Shown here: piece by piece, positions 55,444-63,757 of the stretch
Layout of the letters: the number at the start of each line of letters is the position of its first letter
Position numbering within the stretch: the first letter of the stretch is position 1
IMG/VR virus record: IMGVR_UViG_3300043392_000054
Location: 64,001-128,000 of that record
Reading direction: 5' to 3' (one strand)
DNA from: a virus
DNA: 64,000 bases
Translations under genes and position numbers: made by a program
The notes under the pieces: model-generated
The model's database searches: none
What the model saw: the letters and a program-made list of their open reading frames with translations, nothing else
What the model was told of the DNA's origin: nothing

Positions 55444-55721
55444 AAAAATTATTAGCAGTATGGATTGTAGCATTAACAATCATGACGCTTATTTATGGTT
55501 GCACTGAAAATCAGAGCGCTAGAAATTATGGTGGAACAGAAACAGTTCAGCTAGAAAAAGGAGTTCGCGTAGTAAACGTTACTTGGAAAGGCGATGAGCA
55601 GCTTGGTTCTTTATGGATTCTCACTAAAAAGGACACTACTACTAAGCCTACTACATATTCATTCAAAGAGAAATCAAATTTTGGTGTAATGGAAGGCACC
55701 GTAATTATTATAGAAAAATAA
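55440..55721 (+). CDS. small lipoprotein
   Basis: LIYGC lipobox; ARNYGG...VNVTWK...LWILT. Confidence 0.75.
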   Translation: MKKLLAVWIVALTIMTLIYGCTENQSARNYGGTETVQLEKGVRVVNVTWKGDEQLGSLWILTKKDTTTKPTTYSFKEKSNFGVMEGTVIIIEK

Positions 55722-55745
55722 TTTTAAAATTTATTAAAAATAATT

Positions 55746-55790
55746 AGCCCGATATTTTTTAATGTCGGGTTTTTTGTTTATATTTGTATT
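55746..55790 (+). promoter_or_regulatory. class I promoter in a hairpin
   Basis: AGCCCGATA / TGTCGGGTT stem, TATATTTG at 55779-86. Confidence 0.75.
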
Positions 55791-55814
55791 GTAATTAAAA
55801 CAAATAAACAAATC

Positions 55815-56726
55815 ATGGAAAATTCAATCAAAGTAGGTTACGATTCCCAAACTGGTTTTTATACATTTAAAAACACGTATAATGCAACAGCAGAAATGAA
55901 CGGCAAGTCTCTTACAGACCCATTGAAAGGTTTTAGAAGTGGAGAACTTGTAGTAACTTCTGAGAAACCAGAAACTATTACATATAAAACGTCTGGCCGT
56001 AAATTAATCGGTTATGACAATATTGAAGATTTAACTACTATTTCCGTAGAGAAATATAAAGAACTTGAAGCTAAAATTAAATTAACTAGAGAATGGGATG
56101 AAGATTCTGAAGAATTTACATACTCTAATTTAGAAGATGAGGTTTTTGCTTTAAGATTTGCAAGAACTTACAAACCTATTTATGAAAATGTTGAAGAAGT
56201 TCATAATTTAGAAATTGAGTTTATTGAATATCCTGTAAGTGCTTACAAATGTATTATTCCATTGTATTCTCTAGATGCAAATAATGTATTTGAAACAAAA
56301 TGTAAATATGTGCCTAATAATATTGAAATGTTTTTTGATATTTGTGCCTCATTTGGTATTGATAAAGGCAGAATTGATTTACCTAATCATTCTGGTTTAA
56401 GATTTGTTAAAATCGACGATAAATTTGTAGCAGGTATGGAAGATCATGAAAGGACTTTTGCACCAACAATTATTGATACTTATGAAGGATGTATTACTAG
56501 AATGGAATCTACTCGTAAAAAATTAGAAGATATAGTTAGTTTTCATGTTGCTAAACAATCTCAAAAGATTGTAGACACATCGACTATTGGGTATCTTTTA
56601 ACTCAATTAAAATCTGTGCAAAACTCAATTTCTAGTTTAGAAGTTAAACAAAAAGAATATAATTCACAGAGAGCCATTTTAAATAGAGTTGGAGAATTAA
56701 TTAATACTTATAAAGAACAAGCATAA
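55815..56726 (+). CDS. hypothetical protein
   Basis: 303-aa ORF behind promoter. Confidence 0.8.
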   Translation: MENSIKVGYDSQTGFYTFKNTYNATAEMNGKSLTDPLKGFRSGELVVTSEKPETITYKTSGRKLIGYDNIEDLTTISVEKYKELEAKIKLTREWDEDSEEFTYSNLEDEVFALRFARTYKPIYENVEEVHNLEIEFIEYPVSAYKCIIPLYSLDANNVFETKCKYVPNNIEMFFDICASFGIDKGRIDLPNHSGLRFVKIDDKFVAGMEDHERTFAPTIIDTYEGCITRMESTRKKLEDIVSFHVAKQSQKIVDTSTIGYLLTQLKSVQNSISSLEVKQKEYNSQRAILNRVGELINTYKEQA

Positions 56727-56779
56727 TTTTAAAACTGTGTCAGAATCTGCAATTAAAAAAAATAGAAAAATAAAACATC

Positions 56780-56820
56780 GATTATTTTTTATTGTCAGAT
56801 AAATGTGTTATATTTACATA
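56780..56820 (+). promoter_or_regulatory. class I promoter
   Basis: TATTTTTTATTGTC...TATATTTA at 56809-16. Confidence 0.7.
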
Positions 56821-56841
56821 TCTAATTAAAACAACCAAGTT

Positions 56842-57498
56842 ATGAAAATTGTAGTAAATCCAGGTCAACGAGTATTCTTTACTTCAGATACCCATTATAA
56901 TCACAGTAATATTTGCAGAGGTGTTTCTAACTGGGAGGGAAATAGAGAAAACCGAACTCGTGATTATGATACGTTGAATCAAATGAATATTGACCTTATT
57001 GATAATATCAATATGCTAGTAATGGAGGATGATATTTTGATTCACTTAGGAGATTGGTCTTTTGGAGGTTTTGAATCAATTACTGAATTTAGAAATCAAT
57101 TGAATTGTAAAAATATTCACCTTTTTTTGGGCAATCATGACCATCATATTTTAAATAATAAAGATAATGTACGCGACTTATTCTCTTCGGTTAATGAGCA
57201 ACGAATGGTAACTATTGTGATGCCTCCATCAATAAAGAACGGTCCATCTGAGAAACATAGATTTGTTTTAAGTCATTATCCAATTGCTTCTTGGCAAAAT
57301 ATGGGAGAGGGCGTAATGCACTTGCATGGTCATATTCACACTCCGCATGAATTTAAAATTGGACCAGGTAGAATGATGGATGTTGGAATTGATGGAAATC
57401 CAGATTTTCAACCATACACAATTCAACAAGTTTTGAAACTAATTGCTAATAGACCTATAAAATCTTTATTACAACATCAGCTTGACCATCATGAATAA
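56842..57498 (+). CDS. metallophosphoesterase (calcineurin-like, intact)
   Basis: FTSDTHYNH, HLGDW, GNHDH, SHYP, HGHIH. Confidence 0.92.
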   Translation: MKIVVNPGQRVFFTSDTHYNHSNICRGVSNWEGNRENRTRDYDTLNQMNIDLIDNINMLVMEDDILIHLGDWSFGGFESITEFRNQLNCKNIHLFLGNHDHHILNNKDNVRDLFSSVNEQRMVTIVMPPSIKNGPSEKHRFVLSHYPIASWQNMGEGVMHLHGHIHTPHEFKIGPGRMMDVGIDGNPDFQPYTIQQVLKLIANRPIKSLLQHQLDHHE

Positions 57499-57973
57499 AG
57501 AATCTAAGCGAACTGTTTCAAAACAAAAACAGGTCAAAGAAAAAACTTCTGAAGTGTTAAAACAATTTAATGAGCATCTTAACGATGAAGAATTAAAAAG
57601 AAATTATGATGGTTTTATAAAAACAAAAAGTATTATTGAAGTAAGAGTTGAAAGGTATATTACACAAATAAATTCTTTACAAGATAATATTAATAAGCAT
57701 AGAAACTGTATCATAGATACTCTTAAATTGGGTTATACAGATATTTCGTATCTTATTGGAGGTTTATCTCAATTGGAATCTGATTTAGAAAGAGTAAATG
57801 AGGACTTGTTTAAATCAAAGACAGAATTAGATAAAATTAATAGCAATATAGAACGTTATGAAGAATTATCTGAAAGAACTAAATTAACTTATTTTAAATT
57901 ATTATCTAATTCAGGCGATATTAAAGGAACTTGGTTAGAATTTAAAGAACAATACAAAGATAAAATATTTTAA
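57482..57973 (+). CDS. hypothetical coiled-coil protein
   Basis: 163 aa. Confidence 0.75.
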   Translation: MTIMNKESKRTVSKQKQVKEKTSEVLKQFNEHLNDEELKRNYDGFIKTKSIIEVRVERYITQINSLQDNINKHRNCIIDTLKLGYTDISYLIGGLSQLESDLERVNEDLFKSKTELDKINSNIERYEELSERTKLTYFKLLSNSGDIKGTWLEFKEQYKDKIF

Positions 57974-57977
57974 AATA

Positions 57978-58361
57978 ATGAAAGAGTTAATATTATTGAG
58001 AGGGTTACCTGGTAGCGGTAAATCAACGTTTGCTGATTTAATCGGTGGTTTTCGTTGTGAAGCTGATATGTTTTTTATGGAAGATGGAGAATATAAGTTT
58101 GATGTTAATCGTCTTAAAGAAGCACATCTTTGGTGTAAAAAGGAATGTGAATCATTTATGGTTAGAGAAAAACCAAAGGTAATAGTATCCAATACATTTA
58201 CTCAAGAATGGGAAATGGAGGATTATTACAAATTGGCAAAAAAATATGGCTATAAAGTAACATCACTTATTGTTGAAAATAGACATGATGGTAAAAGTAT
58301 TCATAGTGTTCCAGATGCAACATTAGGTAATATGAGAAATCGTTTTGAAATTAAACTATGA
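57978..58361 (+). CDS. P-loop kinase (polynucleotide kinase N-domain / AAA_33-like)
   Basis: LILLRGLPGSGKST, AH.WC, VSNTF, HSVP. Confidence 0.85.
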   Translation: MKELILLRGLPGSGKSTFADLIGGFRCEADMFFMEDGEYKFDVNRLKEAHLWCKKECESFMVREKPKVIVSNTFTQEWEMEDYYKLAKKYGYKVTSLIVENRHDGKSIHSVPDATLGNMRNRFEIKL

Positions 58362-58543
58362 AAAGCTTATTTGATTTAGAAAGTACTCCTAAAACTGAAG
58401 TAGAGTGGGATAAAGTATTAGACCATTGGATGGTAGATACTGGAATAAAAGACCCGAAAGATGATAACTTCAATACCCCACCACAAATAGTAAAGTTAGC
58501 AATTTGGTTAGAAGAAAGATATACAAAGCCCTTTAAAAAATGA
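58358..58543 (+). CDS. hypothetical protein
   Basis: Coupled 61-aa ORF. Confidence 0.65.
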   Translation: MKSLFDLESTPKTEVEWDKVLDHWMVDTGIKDPKDDNFNTPPQIVKLAIWLEERYTKPFKK

Positions 58544-58776
58544 TAAAAAAGATATTTCTATTAGCATTAACGATTGGTCTTTTTTCTATGGGTTATAGAA
58601 GTTTAAAAAAAGAACAATGTTCAGTTGCTCGTAAATTTGAAATAGAAAATAATGGTAAATTAGAAAAACACTTTTTAGTTAAATTTACAGATGGAACTAT
58701 TCAAGATGAAATAGTTTCAGATGTAGTTTATAGAAATATAAAAGAATTAGATTTTTATTATGCAATTAAACAATAA
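58540..58776 (+). CDS. hypothetical membrane-anchored protein
   Basis: N-terminal hydrophobic segment. Confidence 0.7.
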   Translation: MIKKIFLLALTIGLFSMGYRSLKKEQCSVARKFEIENNGKLEKHFLVKFTDGTIQDEIVSDVVYRNIKELDFYYAIKQ

Positions 58777-58954
58777 TATTATGTACGTAACAATTTTAAA
58801 TTTTGAAAGCGGTAAAATTGATGTCTTAGAAATACCAATGTCAAATGCAGGTGATTCGGCTGAATTGTATATCGAAGAAACTTTAAACTATTCTCTTAGT
58901 AACTGTGATTGGATGATGACTGCTGAAAAACCAGAACTTAATTTTTTAAATTAA
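58760..58954 (+). CDS. hypothetical protein
   Basis: 64-aa ORF. Confidence 0.65.
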   Translation: MQLNNNIMYVTILNFESGKIDVLEIPMSNAGDSAELYIEETLNYSLSNCDWMMTAEKPELNFLN

Positions 58955-58957
58955 AGT

Positions 58958-59000
58958 TCCAAATATTTTTTTATATCAATTATTTTAGTTATATTTGTAT
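58958..59000 (+). promoter_or_regulatory. class I promoter directly abutting the ligase ATG
   Basis: AAATATTTTTTTATATC...TATATTTG at 58990-97; ATG at 59001. Confidence 0.6.
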
Positions 59001-60098
59001 ATGAAAATTAATCTACAAATACTAGAGCAATATGTGTCTGAAGGATATGTGACTAAGCAAGTCCACCCAAAATATCCATTAGCCATATATAATTATACGC
59101 AATCAACTCAATATGAAAAAAATTGGGATGAAATTACATTGTCTTGTAGAGGATTAATTATGGATACTGAAACTGGAGAAATTGTAGCTCGTTCTTTTCC
59201 AAAGTTTTTTAATTTAGAAGAGCTTGATGATAAAACTAAAGTATCGCTATTGTCAAATCATAGAGTATCTGTTCAAGAAAAAATAGATGGGTCTTTAGGA
59301 ATCATTTTTAATTATAAAGGTGAATGGATTCTTTGTACTAAAGGTTCATTTACATCAGAACAATCAATTAGAGGAACACAAATTTTAACTAAAAAATATG
59401 ACCTTAAAAAGTTTAACCCGGCTGTTTCGTATATCTGTGAAATCATTTATCCGGAAAATCGTATTGTTTGCGATTATCAGGACGCAGAAACACTTGTTTT
59501 TCTTACAGCATTTATTGACAATGTTGAATTAGAAGAGGATATAGTTCAAGAAGTTTTTCTAGAATCAGGTATAGAATTAGAGGATACTATTTATGATACA
59601 GCGTACCTTGAAGAAATTAACTTTGATTTATTATCAAGTCTTAAAGCTCAAAATAGTAAGGGTGAAGAGGGCTACGTATTAAGATTTTTACCTTCTAATT
59701 ATAGAATCAAAATTAAGTTTAGCGATTATATTGCATTACATAGGATAATGACGCAGTGCTCTTCTTATGACATCTGGGAGAACTTGTCTAAATTCAATAA
59801 AGTACCAGATGAATTATTAGATAATGTACCAGATGAGTTCTATGATTGGATTAGAGCTGAAGAAATTAGTATTCTATCAAATTTTGCACACATATATGCT
59901 TTACATGCTGCGTGCTTAACTAATTTAAATCTGTCAAAAACTTTACCAAGAGCTGAAGTTGCTAAAGCAATTACATCCGTAAATCAACACAAAATTAGTC
60001 ATAAGATTTTATTTGCAATGTATGATGGTAAATTAGTTCATGATATGATTTGGCCATTAGTAAAACCAGCGTATAGTAAACCTTTTAGTAAATTTTAA
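59001..60098 (+). CDS. RNA ligase, T4 Rnl1-like
   Basis: IYNY, CRGLI, ARSFPKFFN, EKIDGSLG, TKGSF, EIIYPEN, EGYV, IK.KF..Y; start moved from TTG 58995. Confidence 0.92.
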   Translation: MKINLQILEQYVSEGYVTKQVHPKYPLAIYNYTQSTQYEKNWDEITLSCRGLIMDTETGEIVARSFPKFFNLEELDDKTKVSLLSNHRVSVQEKIDGSLGIIFNYKGEWILCTKGSFTSEQSIRGTQILTKKYDLKKFNPAVSYICEIIYPENRIVCDYQDAETLVFLTAFIDNVELEEDIVQEVFLESGIELEDTIYDTAYLEEINFDLLSSLKAQNSKGEEGYVLRFLPSNYRIKIKFSDYIALHRIMTQCSSYDIWENLSKFNKVPDELLDNVPDEFYDWIRAEEISILSNFAHIYALHAACLTNLNLSKTLPRAEVAKAITSVNQHKISHKILFAMYDGKLVHDMIWPLVKPAYSKPFSKF

Positions 60099-60104
60099 TA
60101 TAAT
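60076..60104 (+). promoter_or_regulatory. class II promoter variant
   Basis: GTAAAC-N17-TATAAT. Confidence 0.5.
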
Positions 60105-60119
60105 AAGAAAAATATTATT

Positions 60120-60662
60120 ATGGCAAAGATTGAAGAAATGCTTTCTGTGATTAAGGATTTAACATCTGACGTAACTATTCCCGGTTTAGATGTTGATACT
60201 GTTGTACCCGCAATGGTTGAAGCTAGATTTAAGAATGAATTGGGTATGATTGAAGATGCTAAACAAAAAGAGGCAGAAACTAAAAAAATGATTGAGTACT
60301 ATAAAACACAAGGTCGTGTTGAAGTAGAAACTCAAATTGCTACTATAAAAATGGGTTACAAAACAGTAAAATCTCAAGTAATTCAAATTACAGCAGCAGC
60401 AAAAACAGCAGTTGCTAGTAATTTAATTCCACCTGTGATTTCAGTACCTCCAGCTGTACCAAATCCTGCTTATGTTTTGGTTGAAAACGCAACAAAGGTT
60501 AGTAATTTTATTTCAATGATTGAAGGAGCTTTAGCTAAATTTGGAGAGATGTTATTAGCAGCTGTTAAAATTGCATTTGAAATTCCAGATATGATTATGG
60601 ATTTATTGAAGACTTTACTAGACCTTAAAAAGACAGTGACTGCAATTCCTGTACCAGCATAA
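60120..60662 (+). CDS. hypothetical protein
   Basis: 180 aa, Pro-rich and amphipathic C-half. Confidence 0.75.
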   Translation: MAKIEEMLSVIKDLTSDVTIPGLDVDTVVPAMVEARFKNELGMIEDAKQKEAETKKMIEYYKTQGRVEVETQIATIKMGYKTVKSQVIQITAAAKTAVASNLIPPVISVPPAVPNPAYVLVENATKVSNFISMIEGALAKFGEMLLAAVKIAFEIPDMIMDLLKTLLDLKKTVTAIPVPA

Positions 60663-61231
60663 TGGAACATTTTTACGAAAGTATTGGAGAAAATTGGTTT
60701 AACTATCAAGACGTTTATAAAAAAATGGTTGAGATAGCTAAACCAAATTCTCATTTTGTAGAAGTAGGTAGTTGGAAGGGTAGAAGTGCAGCTTTTATGG
60801 CAGTTGAAATCATAAACTCCATTAAAAAAATACAATTCGACTGTGTAGATACATGGGAAGGTTCAATTGAGCATACTGAAAATAATAGTGTAGTTAATAG
60901 AACTCTATATGACGAATTTCTATTCAATATTGAACCAGTTTCAAATGTTATTAAACCTATTCAAAAGCTTTCTCTAGAGGCTGCTCAAGATTATGCAGAC
61001 CAAAGTTTAGATTTTGTATTTATAGATGCTTCACATGAATATGAAGATGTTTTAAATGATATAAAGGCTTGGATGCCTAAAATAAAATCTGGTGGATGGA
61101 TTGCAGGTCATGATTATGTAGAAGGCAGAAAATATTGGGAAGGTGTATATGATGCTGTAAATGAATACTTTAAAGAAATTCCCTTTCAAACAATGAGCCA
61201 TTGTGATGCATGGCTTTATCAAAAACCATAA
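60662..61231 (+). CDS. class I SAM-dependent methyltransferase (Methyltransf_24-like)
   Basis: VEVGSWKGRS, VDTW.GS.EH, LDFVFIDASHEYE, GGWIAGHDY. Confidence 0.9.
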   Translation: MEHFYESIGENWFNYQDVYKKMVEIAKPNSHFVEVGSWKGRSAAFMAVEIINSIKKIQFDCVDTWEGSIEHTENNSVVNRTLYDEFLFNIEPVSNVIKPIQKLSLEAAQDYADQSLDFVFIDASHEYEDVLNDIKAWMPKIKSGGWIAGHDYVEGRKYWEGVYDAVNEYFKEIPFQTMSHCDAWLYQKP

Positions 61232-61410
61232 TGGAAATCATTTTTTTTATTTTAATTATCATAGTGCCGATTCTAATTTGGAATTGGGTGAAAGCCATAT
61301 TCACAAAATGGATATGGAATGAAACTCTTCCAAAAATGACAAATCATGTAAATAAAATAAGTACAAAACAGGCTTTTGTTATCAATGTGTTAAAAAATAA
61401 AAAAAAGTAA
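61231..61410 (+). CDS. small membrane protein
   Basis: ATG 61231 by TAATG overlap; hydrophobic N-terminus. Confidence 0.6.
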   Translation: MEIIFFILIIIVPILIWNWVKAIFTKWIWNETLPKMTNHVNKISTKQAFVINVLKNKKK

Positions 61411-61519
61411 AATATAATGTTAACCAATAAACTACTTATTGTACTTTTTTGATAATGTGTCAATTTTACAATATTAAAATAGTTATATATTGTATACACA
61501 ACATAAACAACAAAGCGGC

Positions 61520-61927
61520 ATGAAAAAGCAGATTATTTTTTTAACATTATCATTATCATTATTAGTAGTTTTATCTACAATTTTAGGATTTCACACAGTA
61601 AAACACTTAAATAGTACACATACAAAAACAGATACTCAAAATGAAATTTCAGTGTCTTCTACTATTGCAAACAAAACTGAAAATATTTCATCTACCAAAA
61701 AGATAAAACAATATAGAAAGGATAAAATAGAAACAGAAGTAAAAGCGGAAGAGATACAACAAATTTATTATACAGGACCTTCTTTATTTGAATTAGCAAA
61801 TGAATTAAATGTTCAAATTGGAAACATAGAAGAACCAATTAATACAGATATTCCGGTTCAACAGGATAATAGCAATATATTAAGTTTAGCAGAATTAATA
61901 GGATTATACGGCATTAAATCATTTTAA
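61520..61927 (+). CDS. hypothetical membrane-anchored protein
   Basis: ATG 61520 (MKKQIIFLTL...). Confidence 0.7.
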   Translation: MKKQIIFLTLSLSLLVVLSTILGFHTVKHLNSTHTKTDTQNEISVSSTIANKTENISSTKKIKQYRKDKIETEVKAEEIQQIYYTGPSLFELANELNVQIGNIEEPINTDIPVQQDNSNILSLAELIGLYGIKSF

Positions 61928-61963
61928 GGATATATAAGTTAATAACAATATATCCAATTACTT

Positions 61964-62626
61964 ATGGAAACCAAATCAAACTCAAAAATCTATCTCTGGT
62001 TAGCTATTGCGATATTAGCAATATTATTAGGCATTGAAAAATGTAATAAATCAGAGGAATCAGTTGCTCAAAATCAAGTGGCATTAGAAGCTAAACCAGC
62101 TAAAGTAGATACTATTTTGATTGAAGTTCCATCTAAGCCAAAAATTGTTTATATTACTAAATATAAAATTATTCCAAACGATAAGAGTAAATCGATTGAC
62201 ACAGCAAATAAAATTGTTGAGGTACCAGTTAAGGTAGATAGTTCTTTATTATTATCTAAATATTATGGTAGAAATTACCAAATTATCGAGACGACATTAG
62301 ACCCAGGTTATACTTCAATCGTAACTATTGACGCTATTTCAAGAAATAAAATCATTGCAAGAAGAACATATCTTAGAACATTTAAGAAAAGACCAAATTA
62401 TGTCAGTGTTTATCTTGTAGCTCCAGAAAAACCTAAGACTAGAGAATGGTATGTAGGTGGAGGAACTTCTGTTAGCAAATATGGTTTCAACACAATGCAT
62501 GGTTCTGTCCTGTTAAAGAACAAACATGATGAAATTTATCAATTAAGCGCAGGTATCACTAACACTTCACCATTAGGAGTATATGAGCCTTTTGTTGGTG
62601 CATCAATTTTATTTAAAGTAAAATAG
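61964..62626 (+). CDS. membrane-anchored protein with beta-rich C-terminus
   Basis: N-terminal TM; late box at 61929. Confidence 0.75.
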   Translation: METKSNSKIYLWLAIAILAILLGIEKCNKSEESVAQNQVALEAKPAKVDTILIEVPSKPKIVYITKYKIIPNDKSKSIDTANKIVEVPVKVDSSLLLSKYYGRNYQIIETTLDPGYTSIVTIDAISRNKIIARRTYLRTFKKRPNYVSVYLVAPEKPKTREWYVGGGTSVSKYGFNTMHGSVLLKNKHDEIYQLSAGITNTSPLGVYEPFVGASILFKVK

Positions 62627-62630
62627 TCTT

Positions 62631-62670
62631 AGATTTTTATTTGTCAGATTTTTTAATTATATTTACATAT
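62631..62670 (+). promoter_or_regulatory. class I promoter
   Basis: TTTTTATTTGTC...TATATTTA at 62658-65. Confidence 0.65.
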
Positions 62671-62690
62671 AGTTAAAGGATAAATATACA

Positions 62691-62990
62691 ATGAATTTAG
62701 AAAAACAAATACTTGCCTATAAAGCAGCTGCTGAAAATTATACTAAAGAAAATTTAGCGCATTGCCTAGGTAAAAATGTTGAAATCAATCAAGAAGAATA
62801 TCAATATATCGTCGATATTACAATGTCTATTTTAATGACTAGAGATGATATCGGTTATTCAGGCGGTCATTTTGCAAAAGCAATTGTAAATGATGATAAT
62901 GCCGGTATATTAGAGCACGGAGATGCAGTGTGTATAAAAGCCCTTAATTTTTTTATTACAGCTAATAAATGGTGTGCAGTTTCTTATTAA
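62691..62990 (+). CDS. hypothetical protein
   Basis: 99 aa; GGHFA.AIV.D. Confidence 0.75.
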   Translation: MNLEKQILAYKAAAENYTKENLAHCLGKNVEINQEEYQYIVDITMSILMTRDDIGYSGGHFAKAIVNDDNAGILEHGDAVCIKALNFFITANKWCAVSY

Positions 62991-62994
62991 TTTT

Positions 62995-63028
62995 TGAAAC
63001 AATGCTAATTTAATAAGTATAATATATA
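62995..63028 (+). promoter_or_regulatory. class II promoter overlapping a late-like box, upstream of the tRNA pair
   Basis: TGAAAC-N17-TATAAT (63018-23); AATATATA at 63021-28. Confidence 0.65.
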
Positions 63029-63061
63029 CAAAAAGAGTTAAAGAAAAGACTTTAATTTTTT

Positions 63062-63144
63062 GCTTCGGTGGTGGAATAGGTAGACACGCAAGACTTAAAA
63101 TCTTGTTCCTGTAAGGAGTGCCGGTTCGATTCCGGCCCGAAGTA
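63062..63144 (+). tRNA. tRNA-Leu(TAA), no encoded CCA
   Basis: GCTTCGG/CCGAAGT acceptor, CAAGA-CTTAAAA-TCTTG, long variable arm, GGTTCGATTCC. Confidence 0.95.
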
Positions 63145-63145
63145 C

Positions 63146-63255
63146 AATGTAACGACTTAGAAATAAGTGACGGAACAGACGCTAAGTATGAAATGGAAAC
63201 GTTTGAAGCTCGTATAAAGAAGCGGATTCGACACAAACCGTACAGACGTTACATT
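63146..63255 (+). ncRNA. putative structured RNA between the two tRNAs
   Basis: 9-bp terminal stem AATGTAACG/CGTTACATT, ACTTA-GAAA-TAAGT hairpin, ACGG/CCGT. Confidence 0.45.
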
Positions 63256-63269
63256 AATTTTTAAAATCC

Positions 63270-63341
63270 GGCCCTATAATTAAACGGATATAATGCGTCC
63301 CTTCTAAGGATGACTTGGGAGTTCGATTCTCTCTGGGGCTA
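63270..63341 (+). tRNA. tRNA-Arg(TCT), no encoded CCA
   Basis: GGCCCTA/TGGGGCT acceptor, CGTCC-CTTCTAA-GGATG, GTTCGATTC. Confidence 0.9.
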
Positions 63342-63342
63342 C

Positions 63343-63373
63343 AAAGCTCTATCATTAATGGTAGAGCTTTTTT
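63343..63373 (+). terminator. intrinsic terminator after tRNA-Arg
   Basis: AAAGCTCTATCA / TGGTAGAGCTTT stem plus T-tract. Confidence 0.8.
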
Positions 63374-63390
63374 AATTTACCAAGTATTGT

Positions 63391-63753
63391 ATGCAACTGT
63401 TAGCTACTAAAATTGTTAAAAAAATGGACCTTGGCTCTAACGGAAACCTATTCGGCGGAGAATTACTGGCATGGGTCGATGAAGCGGTTGCAGCATACGC
63501 AATGTTAATTCTTCAAAATAGGGAAATGGTAACTCTTAGTATTGATTCCCTTAAATTCGAAAGAGAAGTAAAAGAAGGTGCATTACTTCAAATTAATGCT
63601 GGTTTAATCAAAACAGGTACAACATCTGCAACCTTTGAAGTAGTTGTAAATACTTATGATGTAGTAGATAGTTCAATAGAAAGAGTCTTCAAAACTAATA
63701 TGACATTTGTCAGAGTCATCAATGGAAAACCCCATCCAATTAAGAAAACTTAA
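63391..63753 (+). CDS. HotDog-fold acyl-CoA thioesterase (YciA-like)
   Basis: DLGSNGNLFGGELLAWVDEA, VTLSI..L.F...V..G, F.T.MTFV. Confidence 0.8.
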   Translation: MQLLATKIVKKMDLGSNGNLFGGELLAWVDEAVAAYAMLILQNREMVTLSIDSLKFEREVKEGALLQINAGLIKTGTTSATFEVVVNTYDVVDSSIERVFKTNMTFVRVINGKPHPIKKT

Positions 63754-63757
63754 AGAC

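Noticed and set aside
2164-63236. Minus-strand ORFs in the track other than 4873..5400 (e.g. 2164, 4470, 12283, 20988, 28568, 44613, 52409, 60470, 62910)
   Set aside because: Antisense shadows of well-supported plus-strand genes or tRNAs, with no recognisable motifs.
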